Notes: generated by a model from the sequence alone, not told the origin. 64,000 nucleotides of DNA from Patescibacteria group bacterium (GCA_018829965.1 JAHJTG010000008.1:9314-73313); one strand, 5' to 3'. Shown: positions 30,478 through 40,884, counted from the stretch's first letter. Numbers and translations: made by a program.

Positions 30478-30893
30478 ACGACTTAGCCCCTCTTATTAAG
30501 CCCAGCGTAGGATCCCGTAAACGGGACACTTCGGCTGTTCCTAACTCGCTTGGCTTGACGGGCGGTGAGTACAAGACTCAGGAACATATTCATCGCCGCA
30601 TAGCTGATCGGCGATTACTAGCGATTCCAACTTCATGAGGGCGGGTTTCAGCCCTCAATCCGAACTAAGACCGATTTTGGTGGGATTTGCTTCACCTTGC
30701 GGTTTTGCGTCCCATTGTCTCGGCCATTGTACCACGTGTGCGGCCCAAGTCATCAAAGGGCCATGCTGATTTGGCGTCATCCTCGCCTTCCTCCCAGTTG
30801 TCCCGGGCAGTCCCCTATGACATATAAAACATAGGGCAAGGGTTGCGCTCGTTACCCGAATTAACGGTACGTCTCAAGACACGAGCTGACGAC

Positions 30894-31713
30894 CATATTG
30901 ATCTATAATTTCTTATAGTATGGACTATACCATCTTCCATCCGCCTGAGGCGGATTAGGAGACCAGCGTTTAATGATAGGTTATATCATTAAGTTTTCTC
31001 GCCTTTAGAGAAAACTAAGTCTCTACGGGGTATAAAAACTAATTTTTGTAATTTTATCGAATAATTATAAATTTTTTCTAAAAATTCTCTTGCCTGGTAT
31101 CGCGAGATATAAAGGCAAAATGTCTTTGCTGTTTTGTAGTAATAAATTTTTGTATTACTAATTCCTATCCTTAAAAGAAGACTTTTATCAATTTCTGCTT
31201 CATTTTTATTTCCATATACTATCCTGCAATCATTTCTAAAGTTCTTATCGATTGAACCGTCTCCATCAAACCTTCCTGCAAAATATGCATTAATTAAATT
31301 ATCTTTTTCTAATTTAATTAAATTATTTCGTGCCTCTCTAAATTCTCTCAGGAATGGACGGCTATTAACAAAAATATGATTTCTATTAAATTTTATCCTA
31401 TCTTCAGAAAAAAACTTCAATAGAAAATCTTTAAACTTGGCTATCAAAGCAGGGTCTACATTACTTAGACCAATCGAACTTGACCACCAATAACTATCTG
31501 CACACCAAAGTCCTAAGATATAAGAATCTTCTTCTCTAGAGAAAAAATTACAAAAATTAGTTTTTATACTTCCCACGGTATTGCCATTAATTATTATATT
31601 TTAACATAATAATTAGAAGGTTTCACCGTTATGAGCTGGTTTTTTACCGTATTAAAATAAATTAGTACGGGGCATTTCACTAAAAATTACTTTTTAGTGG
31701 GTCGTTATAACAC
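30894..31713 (-). ncRNA. Group I intron in 16S, after U1060
   Basis: Exons GCATGGTT | GTCGTCAGC; this junction satisfies the U/G rule whereas the alternative after U1062 does not; CCCGTAGAGACT. Confidence 0.9.
30989..31576 (-). CDS. LAGLIDADG homing endonuclease (two motifs)
   Basis: YILGLWCADS and YFAGRFDGDGS. Confidence 0.9.
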   Translation of the reverse strand: MGSIKTNFCNFFSREEDSYILGLWCADSYWWSSSIGLSNVDPALIAKFKDFLLKFFSEDRIKFNRNHIFVNSRPFLREFREARNNLIKLEKDNLINAYFAGRFDGDGSIDKNFRNDCRIVYGNKNEAEIDKSLLLRIGISNTKIYYYKTAKTFCLYISRYQAREFLEKIYNYSIKLQKLVFIPRRDLVFSKGEKT

Positions 31714-31981
31714 AACCATGCAGCACCTGTTCTGCTGCCTTGTGGGGGGCCATCCTTTCAGACGGCTTTCAACAGAATTTCTAGACTTGGTAAGGTTCTT
31801 CGTTTGTTGTCGAATTAAGCCACATGGTCCACCGCTTGTGTGAGTCCCCGTCTATTTCTTTGAGTTTTAGCCTTGCGGCCGTACTTCCCAGGCGGATCAC
31901 TTAACGCATTAGCTTCGCCACTGACAGGGTCGACACTGCCAATAGCCAGTGATCATCGTTTACAGCGTGGACTACAAGGGT

Positions 31982-32961
31982 CATCTTGTAGTTTTTTCTT
32001 ATTTCTTCGATTACTCGAAGGATCGGACTATATCATTTTCTGAAGTTTTTCCATTTGTTTTTCTTTTCAGTAATATATTTTTCTACTACTGCTTTAGAAA
32101 AACCTGTCAATTCACTAACTTCAGAAATCCAGCGTTGTTGTAAATCATGGTCTTTGTAAATAATCAAGACCTTCGGTAGCATTTCTGCCACTTTTATATG
32201 CGGCATTATAATCCGCAAAAACTTCTTTAACTCTTCGCTTGAGCGAATCCATAAACGATAATATATTCTTTCTTCATTCATCCATTTTCTAGTTATTTTA
32301 CCAATATGAACATTTATGTCCCATACTTTTTTTAAGTAATTAGACAATAATTTTTGCTCTTCATAAGAAAAACAATCTGTACAAAATACTCCCTTCCTTC
32401 CATTACCTATTATAGATCCATCATCAAGCCACCATATCGCTAAAGATAAAGGAGTTATTGCATTAAGCCACTTACGGCTAATTTTAAATACTCCTTTTTT
32501 ATGAGTTAAATCATATAACTCTGTTAATTCTGGTATTGCTACGCTTTGATATCGCAATTTTTGACCGCCAAATCCATCTTTTATTTCTGATTTCCAAAAA
32601 TAGTTTTCCCCGGAAATTTCCTTTAATTCATTTACTTTCCAGAAAAAATATTCCTTTTGCTTGATAGAATGACGGAAAGAAAAACGAGCATTTTTATAAT
32701 TATCGTTAATCTTCAGCGATCCATCGCCTAGCAAAGAACCAAGAATAATATCTTTGCAATTTTTAGACAAAAATGAATTTTTCATTTTCTATCTTTTTGA
32801 CTTACATAGTCTCTACGGGGTCGCTATCTTAAAAAGACGCGACTTCCCTCGGGATTATCCATCCGACTAAAATGGGTTTCCCCGATACAGCTAGATGCTC
32901 ACCATATTGTCACCAATATGGAGGACACCATTTAGTCTGTTAATTTCACAGACAAGGATTT
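31982..32961 (-). ncRNA. Group I intron in 16S, after U793
   Basis: Exons GGATTAGAT | ACCCTTGTAGTCC; CCCGTAGAGACT, GATATAGTCC. Confidence 0.92.
32033..32785 (-). CDS. LAGLIDADG_2-type homing endonuclease
   Basis: ILGSLLGDGS and LAIWWLDDGS. Confidence 0.93.
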   Translation of the reverse strand: MKNSFLSKNCKDIILGSLLGDGSLKINDNYKNARFSFRHSIKQKEYFFWKVNELKEISGENYFWKSEIKDGFGGQKLRYQSVAIPELTELYDLTHKKGVFKISRKWLNAITPLSLAIWWLDDGSIIGNGRKGVFCTDCFSYEEQKLLSNYLKKVWDINVHIGKITRKWMNEERIYYRLWIRSSEELKKFLRIIMPHIKVAEMLPKVLIIYKDHDLQQRWISEVSELTGFSKAVVEKYITEKKNKWKNFRK

Positions 32962-33239
32962 ATCTAATCCTTTTTGATCCCCACGCTTTCATTCCTCAGT
33001 GTCAGAATCGTCCCAGCTAACTGCCTTCGCTTTTGGTGTTCCCGACGATATCAACGGATTTCACCCCTACACCGTCGGTTCCGTTAGCCTCTAACGTCCT
33101 CTAGTCAAATAGTATCTTTAGCAATTCAAAGGTTAAGCCGATGAGTTTTAACTAAAGACTTATTTAACCACCTACGAATCCTTTATGCCCAGTAAATCCG
33201 GGTAACGCTCGGGGGTTCTGTATTACCGCTCCTGCTGGC

Positions 33240-34072
33240 CGAATAACGAAAAATTATTCGTTTTGGACTATATCATCACCTCGCTTCAGCGAGGGTTCGG
33301 CGTCTGATGATGGGTTCAAATACCACCATCTCATCCACTTAAGGATTCAGTCTCTGAGGGGTTAAAGCACAATAAGGTAATCTTTTTGAAAAACACGAAA
33401 TAATATTCGGAGAGATCAAATTTAAAAATTTATCTCTTCCTTTTGCCCCGATATATATTTCAGGATATCTTTTGCCTCTGCAAAGAGGCGTATGAATATT
33501 GGATTCTATTCCGAAGTTTTTCTTTAAAACCTCAACCAATAATTTATTCTCTTCGACGCTAAATGCATTTGTGCAAAAAGAAAAATTATAATGGTCTTTC
33601 GGTCTGAAATCTAAACTTCCATCGTCCATATACCATACAGCTAAACTTAATGGAGAAATTAATAACTCCTGAATGTTTTTTGGAACAATTTTCTTTCCAT
33701 TTTTATAAAATATTTCTTTGTATCTAGAGATATCTTCTAAAAATTTCGTTTGAAAATACCATTGCTTATTATCTTTCCTCTGTTTTGGCGAACTTTTGCA
33801 TAAATTTTCAAAGCAAGAATATAACCAGAATACATATTCTTTATGTGCTTCTGATTGTTTTATTCTCAAGCATTTTCCATCTATCCAAGCATCGCCCAAA
33901 AGAGTGCCGATAATAATTTCGTGTTGTTTCTTTGTCATTACCTAATTATACTCAACTTCCCTGCTGATTGTCACATTAAAATTATCAACTTTGTGATAAA
34001 GGAGCATTAATGTGCTTTCCAGCATATAAGCCGAATTTTGATTCTGCGCCCGCCAACCTTCATGGGTTGGCC
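33240..34072 (-). ncRNA. Group I intron in 16S, after U516
   Basis: Exons TTCTGT | GCCAGCAG; CCCTCAGAGACT, GATATAGTCC. Confidence 0.92.
33339..33938 (-). CDS. LAGLIDADG_2-type homing endonuclease
   Basis: IIGTLLGDAW and LAVWYMDDGS. Confidence 0.93.
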   Translation of the reverse strand: MTKKQHEIIIGTLLGDAWIDGKCLRIKQSEAHKEYVFWLYSCFENLCKSSPKQRKDNKQWYFQTKFLEDISRYKEIFYKNGKKIVPKNIQELLISPLSLAVWYMDDGSLDFRPKDHYNFSFCTNAFSVEENKLLVEVLKKNFGIESNIHTPLCRGKRYPEIYIGAKGRDKFLNLISPNIISCFSKRLPYCALTPQRLNP

Positions 34073-34371
34073 ACAGAATTAGGACCCCCTTATTCCTTCG
34101 GTACTGTCAGTCGCCAAAGGCGACTTCCTCCCGAAGAAAAGAACTTTACACTCCGAAGAGTTTCTTCATTCACGTAACGTCGCTCCATCAGGCTTTCGCC
34201 CATTGTGGAAGATTCTCGACTGCAGCCTCCCGTAGGAGTATGGCCCGTGTCGCAGTGCCATTGTTGGGGAACACGCTCTCACGCCCCCTACCCGTCATAG
34301 TCTTGGTAGGCCGTTACCCTGCCAACTAACTGATAGGCCGCAGGCCCATCTCAAAGTGGATTGCTCCTTTA

Positions 34372-34500
34372 CTCCTCCTTCGCTCTTCATTCCATTCAGA
34401 GCTACGACGGACGAGCCTTGCTTTACGCTTGCAAAGTATAAATACCTTGCGGCTTTGTCCATCTGAAGCTTTTTATGAAATAAAAAGCGAAAGAGGAGAC
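34372..34500. other. Palindromic insertion in 16S V2 region
   Basis: CTCCTCCTTCGCT...GCTACGACGGAC...GTCCATCTGAAGC...AGCGAAAGAGGAG; same family as 23207-23314. Confidence 0.75.
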
Positions 34501-34952
34501 TATCGGAAATTAGCCAATCTTTCGACTGGTTATGTCCGTCTTTGAGGTTGGTACCTACGTGTTACTAACCCGTTCGCCACTGACCCTTGCGGGTCCGTTT
34601 GACTTGCATGCCTTATCCACGTTACCAGCGTTCACCCTGAGCTAGAATCAAACTCTCAAAAAATTGAAGTTTGATTTAAAAGAAAATAAATTCTCTTTTG
34701 AATCTAGTTACAATGTGATAGCTTTATTCGAAACAACTTTAAAAAACTAATTATTTATCCAGTTTAAATAGGTTATTTTAAACTGGGGTGCATTATTAAT
34801 TTATCAATGTACGGGGTATTTGTTTTGAAAAACAAATCCCGAAGATATCCATCTTTACTTAAAGATAAATATCTTCGGGGTTCATTCAACCATTTTAAAT
34901 TTTAATTCTCCATCAATTTATATTTTTTATTTATTTTTTATATGCAATTACT

Positions 34953-34980
34953 ATTTTAGTGTTTTAAATCCCTTTGTCAA
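34953..34980 (-). promoter_or_regulatory. Sigma70-type promoter for 16S rRNA
   Basis: TTGACA-16 nt-TAAAAT about 290 nt upstream of 16S. Confidence 0.65.
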
Positions 34981-35009
34981 TAGCTTTCTCAATAATTTTT
35001 CGTAAAAAA

Positions 35010-35081
35010 AGCCGGTGAGGTGGATCGAACACCTGGCCTACTGTTTACAAAACAGTTGCTCTACCGCTGAGCTACACCGGC
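35010..35081 (-). tRNA. tRNA-Thr (TGT)
   Basis: GCCGGTG/CACCGGC acceptor; ACTGT-TTTGTAA-ACAGT; GTTCGA. Confidence 0.94.
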
Positions 35082-35413
35082 GTAATTGGTGGAGTTGTTG
35101 GTGAATTATTCTCTTCTTTTTTAACTTCCTCCTGCTTCTTCACAATCTTTTTTCTCGTTTTCTGTAAATGATTATCAATAAACTTTTCTATCTTCAAAAT
35201 AAACACTCTTGTTTTTGAAAGAGTCTTTAAGAATATTAACTTATCAAAACTAATACTTTTAACTTTCTTTTTAAATAAGCCTACAATGTTTTCTCTTTGA
35301 ACGCCTTCGTGAACTTCCGGCATCTGAATTAAAACCGGAATCTTCTTCCACAAAATAATCCCTATCCCAATTAAACTTAAGAATAAAATTATTGATGCTA
35401 TTAATACTGCCAT
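35072..35413 (-). CDS. Hypothetical membrane-anchored protein
   Basis: N-terminal TM followed by KKIPVL; directly after tsf; stop lies inside tRNA-Thr. Confidence 0.75.
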   Translation of the reverse strand: MAVLIASIILFLSLIGIGIILWKKIPVLIQMPEVHEGVQRENIVGLFKKKVKSISFDKLIFLKTLSKTRVFILKIEKFIDNHLQKTRKKIVKKQEEVKKEENNSPTTPPITPV

Positions 35414-35415
35414 AT

Positions 35416-36000
35416 TTATATCTCGTACCTAGTAAATTTCTTTACTTCTATGTTTTCTCCAATTTTAGCAATGGCCTCTTCAATTAGATTTTTAATGGTT
35501 TTTGAGTCATCTTTTATCCATAGTTGAGACAATAAAGAAACTCCTTCTTTATATTTCTTTAGCTTCCCTTCAATTATTTGATCGACTATCTTTTGAGGTT
35601 TGCCAGAATCTTTTACCTGTTCTTGGTAAATTTTCTTTTCTCCGTCTATAAACTCCTCAGGGATATCTTCCTCTTTTACAAAAAAGGGCTTCATAGCTGC
35701 AATTTGCAAAGCTATCTCATGAGCTAGTTTCTTAAACTCTTCTGAGTTAGCAACAAAATCGGATTCACACCTAATATCTAATAAAACTCCTGTTTTTGAA
35801 TTTAAATGGATATATCCTTCAATCAATCCGCTCTTTACTTCTCTTGTAACCTTTTTATTAGCAACCGTCTTCCCCCATATTCTTAAGAGCTCTTTTGCTT
35901 TTTCAACATCACCCTTTGCTTCTGTTAAGGCTTTCTTGCATTCTGTTGGAGAAACTCCAGTTTCTTCCCTAAGTTGTTTAATTTCTTCTATAGTAGTCAT
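35416..36000 (-). CDS. tsf: Elongation factor Ts (short form)
   Basis: IKQLREETG, CKKAL, CESDFVA. Confidence 0.97.
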   Translation of the reverse strand: MTTIEEIKQLREETGVSPTECKKALTEAKGDVEKAKELLRIWGKTVANKKVTREVKSGLIEGYIHLNSKTGVLLDIRCESDFVANSEEFKKLAHEIALQIAAMKPFFVKEEDIPEEFIDGEKKIYQEQVKDSGKPQKIVDQIIEGKLKKYKEGVSLLSQLWIKDDSKTIKNLIEEAIAKIGENIEVKKFTRYEI

Positions 36001-36006
36001 AGAATT

Positions 36007-36726
36007 TTATTCTTTTACTCTCTTATTCTCAACTTCTTCTTTAGCTTTTAACACAACCTCTTTAATCTTCTCTAAAATATATTTTGCAGAACTTATAGAG
36101 TCATCGTTGGCTGGAATAGGATAGTCAGCTAAAGAAGGATCAATATTAGTATCGCAAACTGCAATAATCTTAATCCCCTTTCTTTTTGCTTCTCTGGCAG
36201 CCAAGCCATCTTTATTCATATCTAATACTAAAACTGCTTCAGGCAATTTTTGCATATCTTTTACTCCTTCAAACTTTATGCGAAGAGATTCAATCTCTTT
36301 TTCAATTTTCATTTTTTCCTTCTTAGTATATTTTTCTAACCCCCCGACTTCTTTCTGCTTTAATAAGTCCTTAAAATGAGTAACTCTTTTTAAAATTGTT
36401 TCAAAATTAGTAAAGGCACCACCCAACCATCTTTCATTTACATAAGGCAATCCGCAAATTTCAGCGTTTTCTTTTATTAACGCTTTTATTGGAACCTTTG
36501 TTCCGACAAGAAGCATATTCTTACCTTCAGAGATAAGAGCTTCAATAAACTTTAGTGCTTCATCAAACTCTTCTACAGTTTTCTCAAGATCAATAGTATG
36601 AACTGAGTTTTTTATACCTGAAACATACTGTTTCATCTTTGGATGAAGTTTAGAAACACGGTGCCCGAATTGGACATTCGCCTTTTCCATATCTTGGATA
36701 TTTAAACTAAACAAGTTTTTTACCAT
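36007..36726 (-). CDS. rpsB: 30S ribosomal protein S2
   Basis: FGHR, VGTK, RWLGGAFTN, DTN, IPANDD. Confidence 0.97.
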   Translation of the reverse strand: MVKNLFSLNIQDMEKANVQFGHRVSKLHPKMKQYVSGIKNSVHTIDLEKTVEEFDEALKFIEALISEGKNMLLVGTKVPIKALIKENAEICGLPYVNERWLGGAFTNFETILKRVTHFKDLLKQKEVGGLEKYTKKEKMKIEKEIESLRIKFEGVKDMQKLPEAVLVLDMNKDGLAAREAKRKGIKIIAVCDTNIDPSLADYPIPANDDSISSAKYILEKIKEVVLKAKEEVENKRVKE

Positions 36727-36736
36727 ATTTTAATTG

Positions 36737-36843
36737 AACGCGATACTAATCTACGAATAACATACCAATTATACGAATAACTTATAGTGAGTTTATTGAA
36801 CCATTTGTATTATTGGTATGCGAATTAGTATCATTGGTATCGC
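36737..36843. repeat. About 105-bp TACGAAT-family hairpin repeat, copy 1
   Basis: Near-identical to 51380-51486. Confidence 0.9.
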
Positions 36844-37056
36844 TTATTTTTTCTTTTTCTTAGCCATTCTGTCTTTAAACTTCTGCACCTGACCTAAGGT
36901 ATCAATAACCTTTTCCTTGCCGGTATAGAAAGGATGACAGTTAGCACAAATTTCTGTCTCAATAAACTCTTTAGTTGAGCCAATATTAAAAGAAGCGCCA
37001 CAGGCACAAGTGGCTTTTGTTTTCGGATAATAAATAGGATGTATATTTTTCTTCAT
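36844..37056 (-). CDS. rpmE: 50S ribosomal protein L31
   Basis: [21 protein letters not shown]; start corrected to 37056. Confidence 0.96.
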   Translation of the reverse strand: MKKNIHPIYYPKTKATCACGASFNIGSTKEFIETEICANCHPFYTGKEKVIDTLGQVQKFKDRMAKKKKK

Positions 37057-37290
37057 ATTTGTATATTTTGTCCCGATTTTCGGTCTGCCGAAAATCGAGA
37101 ATCCTCGATTTATTTTTAATTTAAAAAATAAACCGGGAGATGAATGTCTTTCTTCATGTTTCCTACGAATTACGAATATTTTCGAATTACGAATTCGTAA
37201 CATTACATAAAATTCGTAAATTTGAATTATGTTTATTATATTACCAAACCCTCTTCTTAAAATCAATAGGTTATGATATAAAGATAAAAT

Positions 37291-38133
37291 ATGAACGAAG
37301 AAATTATAAAAAGCGGGGGGCTAGGAAAAAGTCCCACTTCGCCTGATGGCTTCGCGGGACAACAATCACAGCAAGCTGTAATTGTTGAAATCCGGGCAGG
37401 AACTGGCGGAGACGAAGCTAGCTTATTTGCTAGGGATTTGTTTCGTATGTACTCAAGATTCAGCCAAAATCAAGGATGGAGCCAGAAGATTTTAGATTCT
37501 AGTTTAAACGATTTAGGCGGGTATAAAGAAATCATTTTTGAGTTATCAGGTCCCAATGTCTATGAAAGTATGAAATATGAAGGTGGAGTACATCGCGTCC
37601 AAAGAATTCCCAAAACAGAAAAGCAAGGCAGGGTTCATACATCAACAACAACCGTAGCGGTTTTAAAAAAGCCAAAGAAAACAGAAATTAATATCAGCCC
37701 AAGCGATTTAAAAATTACTACTTACAAAGCTTCTGGTCCTGGAGGACAATATGTTAACAAAACAGAGTCAGCTATAAGAATCGTTCATATTCCAACAGGA
37801 CTTGTGGTTACTTCTCAATCTGAAAGGAACCAACTCCAAAATAAAGAAAGCGCTATGACTATTTTAGCAGCAAGATTACTGGAAAAAAAACAAAAAGAAG
37901 AACAATTGCAGATTACAGGAGCGCGACGCGAACAAATCGGTTGGGCAAAAAGAGCTGAGAAGATGAGAACATATAACTTCCCTCAAGATAGGATAACAGA
38001 CCATAGAATAAATAAGTCTTGGCATAATTTAGAAAATATATTAAATGGAAATTTAGAACCGATCATAAAAGCATTTAAAAAGACAAATCCTGGTCCCGAT
38101 GCCGCAAACGGCGGCATCGAGGATCCTCGATAA
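37291..38133 (+). CDS. prfA: Peptide chain release factor 1, lacking N-terminal domain 1
   Basis: [21 protein letters not shown] (PxT), GPGGQ, RTYNFPQ. Confidence 0.92.
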   Translation: MNEEIIKSGGLGKSPTSPDGFAGQQSQQAVIVEIRAGTGGDEASLFARDLFRMYSRFSQNQGWSQKILDSSLNDLGGYKEIIFELSGPNVYESMKYEGGVHRVQRIPKTEKQGRVHTSTTTVAVLKKPKKTEINISPSDLKITTYKASGPGGQYVNKTESAIRIVHIPTGLVVTSQSERNQLQNKESAMTILAARLLEKKQKEEQLQITGARREQIGWAKRAEKMRTYNFPQDRITDHRINKSWHNLENILNGNLEPIIKAFKKTNPGPDAANGGIEDPR

Positions 38134-38184
38134 CTCCGATTGCGTCGTGAGTCCACGACTTTGTCGGGACTTCGTTATCGGGAC
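38092..38184. repeat. Nested GTCCCGA-family element supplying the prfA stop codon
   Basis: GTCCCGATGCCG...GAGGATCCTCGA...GTCGGGAC...ATCGGGAC. Confidence 0.85.
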
Positions 38185-38349
38185 ACGATATAGAAAGTAT
38201 AATGGACGGCAAAATGGAAGGAATCGTCAAGGCGTTCAAAAAAGCGGAAACCGCAGATTAATACGGATTTATAGCGGATTTATAGCGGATTTACACAGAT
38301 ATTAAAAAACCAGAGGTAACCTCGGGTTTTTTAATTACAAAATAACTAT

Positions 38350-39783
38350 TTAATTCTCCAAAGCTGCGATATCATCTGTATAACCAGTAGCAATTGCCAA
38401 TACTGATCTCCCGTAAAACTCTTCTGACTTTCTCCAATATGACCCAGAAAAATACATCATAACTGCTTTAAATTCTTTTGATTTAACATTAGCGCCATTA
38501 TCCTTTAAAAGAATAGCTGCTGCTAAAAACGCGTCTCTTATATCCCAAGGATCTGCAGTTTTGCCGGTTATCGCTTCTACTTTTTTATCGTAACCATATT
38601 TTGACCAAGTTGATGGGATAAACTGAGCTGGACCCATTGCACCGCCATACCCGCCGACACTGGCTATTGGGCAAGATACAGGAGTCTCAAACGGATCTCT
38701 TTCCAAGCCCTTACTTTTGTTCAACTTATCAATAATATTTAGGAAATAAGGGATTGAAGTCATACTCATTACGTGAGAAACACTTTTCCCAGTCTTAATA
38801 AACACTCCACTGCCATTCTTTGTATCTTTTAAATAACATTGTCCTACTTGTTTACCAATATTTGATTCTTGAGTTAATACAGCCAATATTAAAGCGACCC
38901 TAACGCCAGTTATACTTGAAGCATATTTTGCAATTTCGTATGCTTCACCAAAAGTCGGAGCCTTTGAGACACCGAGCAAATCAAAAATTCTCGCCCTAAT
39001 TGTAGCTGATTTTTTCTGCGCTTCTTGTTTTTCTTTAAGTTGTTTTTGGTATTCTGCCTCCGTTAATTTCAAAAGGCCCTCTTGCTGTTTTTTACTAGAT
39101 TCTGATTCTTGCTTTTGAAGAGACTGTACCTTTATCGCCCTTTCTGTTTGCGATTTTTCATCATCCATTTTAACTTCTTGTCCTTCAAGATACAACTTCA
39201 AATCTTGTGTGTTTTTCAAAAGGTCTCTAAGTTTCGTATTTAATCCCTCAAGATATACTAGATTATTAAAAAAAGCAGAAAGATTCCCCTCAATTAAAAT
39301 TTCTATGGATGACTTTTGGTCTTCTTCGTTTATTGTTCTTAAGACATTTGAAATTTGATATTTTGATTCTTCTATTTGCAATATAATTTTACCAATAGAA
39401 GATTTAGTTTCTTTTATTTGTAATGTTAAATCTTTAATAATAATATTTCCCTGTTTAATCTCATATCCTAATCCTTGGACTTTCTTTTTTAATGTGGTGA
39501 TTTGGCTCTGAAGTGTTTTCTTCTCTTTTTCGGTTTTTGTTATATCTTGAGCGATTCTATCTGATTCTTCTTCATAAAAAGTAGCGCATTTCTCAAGCAA
39601 TATACGACAATCTGACCCCGTCATACCGCCACAATTGAAATCGTTCTCGGCAATTTGAAGACAAGTTTGTTCTAAATTTTCTTCAGCTAAAACCGTGCCT
39701 ACCGGTAAGTAAACAAATGTCGATAAAATTAAAATCGAAATAAGTGTAAATAATACAATTAATTTTGAGAGAAAATAATTCAT
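38350..39783 (-). CDS. Secreted coiled-coil protein with C-terminal lytic transglycosylase (SLT) domain
   Basis: Signal peptide, long coiled coil, QES, GAMGPAQFIPSTW, DPW. Confidence 0.88.
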   Translation of the reverse strand: MNYFLSKLIVLFTLISILILSTFVYLPVGTVLAEENLEQTCLQIAENDFNCGGMTGSDCRILLEKCATFYEEESDRIAQDITKTEKEKKTLQSQITTLKKKVQGLGYEIKQGNIIIKDLTLQIKETKSSIGKIILQIEESKYQISNVLRTINEEDQKSSIEILIEGNLSAFFNNLVYLEGLNTKLRDLLKNTQDLKLYLEGQEVKMDDEKSQTERAIKVQSLQKQESESSKKQQEGLLKLTEAEYQKQLKEKQEAQKKSATIRARIFDLLGVSKAPTFGEAYEIAKYASSITGVRVALILAVLTQESNIGKQVGQCYLKDTKNGSGVFIKTGKSVSHVMSMTSIPYFLNIIDKLNKSKGLERDPFETPVSCPIASVGGYGGAMGPAQFIPSTWSKYGYDKKVEAITGKTADPWDIRDAFLAAAILLKDNGANVKSKEFKAVMMYFSGSYWRKSEEFYGRSVLAIATGYTDDIAALEN

Positions 39784-40054
39784 TTTAAATATAACAAAAG
39801 TGAAAAGTTAAAGGTTGTACTATCTATTATCTCTTTTTTTTTGTAAAAAAACCAGCCCTATGTCGCCTCCTCCTCCGCATAAAGCTACGGAGGACAAAGT
39901 AAGGCGATTGGGCTGGCACAAGAATTTCTATTTTGTAGCTTTCTTTTGTTCTACTGGCTTTGCCTCGCCGGTTTGTCCCGCCGAAGCCTTGGCAGAGGCG
40001 GAAGCTTTAGCGGAGGCGGGTTTCTCTTCATCAATCTCTTCTTCTTTAATTTTT

Positions 40055-40202
40055 CCCAGTAGTAGGTCGCCTGAAGCGACCACTACGGGACTAACCCCGT
40101 ACCAGAATAAGCACGGCACGGGACTCTGTCCAGTAGAATAATTTTGGCTTATTTATAAAAAGATTTTTCGGAGAAAAATACTGCCAAAATTATTCTACTG
40201 GG
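40055..40202. mobile_element. Composite CCCAGTAG...CTACTGGG palindromic element at the rplY 3' end
   Basis: Hairpin CCAGTAGAATAATTTTGGC/GCCAAAATTATTCTACTGG plus CCCAGTAGTAGG...ACTACGGG; supplies the rplY TAG. Confidence 0.7.
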
Positions 40203-40884
40203 CTTTTCTTTCTGTTGGCTTAATTTCCGGTTCTTTATCGTCCACCACCTCTTCCTCTTTTTTCTCCTTTACTACCTTTTCTACATCTTCCACTTTTTCT
40301 TCAATCGGTTCTTCTAATTCCTCTTCAATCTTAGTTTGAGGAATAACCTTAGCAACAATTTCATCTAATCCTTTCAAAACCTTAACATCAGAAGAAAATT
40401 TTAAATCTTTAACAAAAATTTCATCTTCAAAAGTATTTAAAACACTAATATCAATCTTAACATCGTGAGGTAGGTTTTGAGGAAGAGCTTTCACTTTAAT
40501 TTCCTGAATTTCTTTAACTAGTGTCCCTCCTAAGTCTTTAACGGCAAGAGAAATACCTTCAAAAATTATAGGAATTGCAACTTCTACTTCTTGTTTCATT
40601 GAAGCTTGATAAAAATCAATATGTATAAATTTATCAGTGACATAGTCATGTTGAATTTCGTGAATTAAAACTGGCCTTTCTTTACTATCCCCTTCTATCT
40701 TTAAAGAAACCAAAGAACTTTCTCCAGTTTGAGAAAATATTTTTCTAAATTCTTCGTAATCTACTTCTATTGAAACACTTTTAACACCAGGGCCATAAAC
40801 TACTGCTGGAATTTTTCCTTGTTTCTTAATAGATTTAGTTTTCTTGCCAATCTCTTTTCTAATTTTTGCGTTTAAAGTAAGCAT
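40195..40884 (-). CDS. rplY: 50S ribosomal protein L25/Ctc
   Basis: IPAVVYG, HIDFY, GGTL, acidic tail. Confidence 0.95.
   Translation of the reverse strand: MLTLNAKIRKEIGKKTKSIKKQGKIPAVVYGPGVKSVSIEVDYEEFRKIFSQTGESSLVSLKIEGDSKERPVLIHEIQHDYVTDKFIHIDFYQASMKQEVEVAIPIIFEGISLAVKDLGGTLVKEIQEIKVKALPQNLPHDVKIDISVLNTFEDEIFVKDLKFSSDVKVLKGLDEIVAKVIPQTKIEEELEEPIEEKVEDVEKVVKEKKEEEVVDDKEPEIKPTERKAQ

Larger units (their letters stand above)
29655..34663 (-). rRNA. rrs: 16S rRNA with four group I introns and one hairpin insertion (ends approximate)
   Basis: AGAGTTTGATTCTAGCTCAG at the 5' end, conserved blocks, GGATCA at the 3' end; flanks complementary (29518-29543 vs 34725-34750). Confidence 0.97.

Noticed and set aside
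20154..30638. ORFs at 20154-20348, 22595-22798, 22908-23102 and 30450-30638
   Set aside because: They overlap rRNA sequence and are spurious.
36737..38300. CRISPR array
   Set aside because: Repeats are short, degenerate and lack unique regular spacers; no cas genes are in the window.
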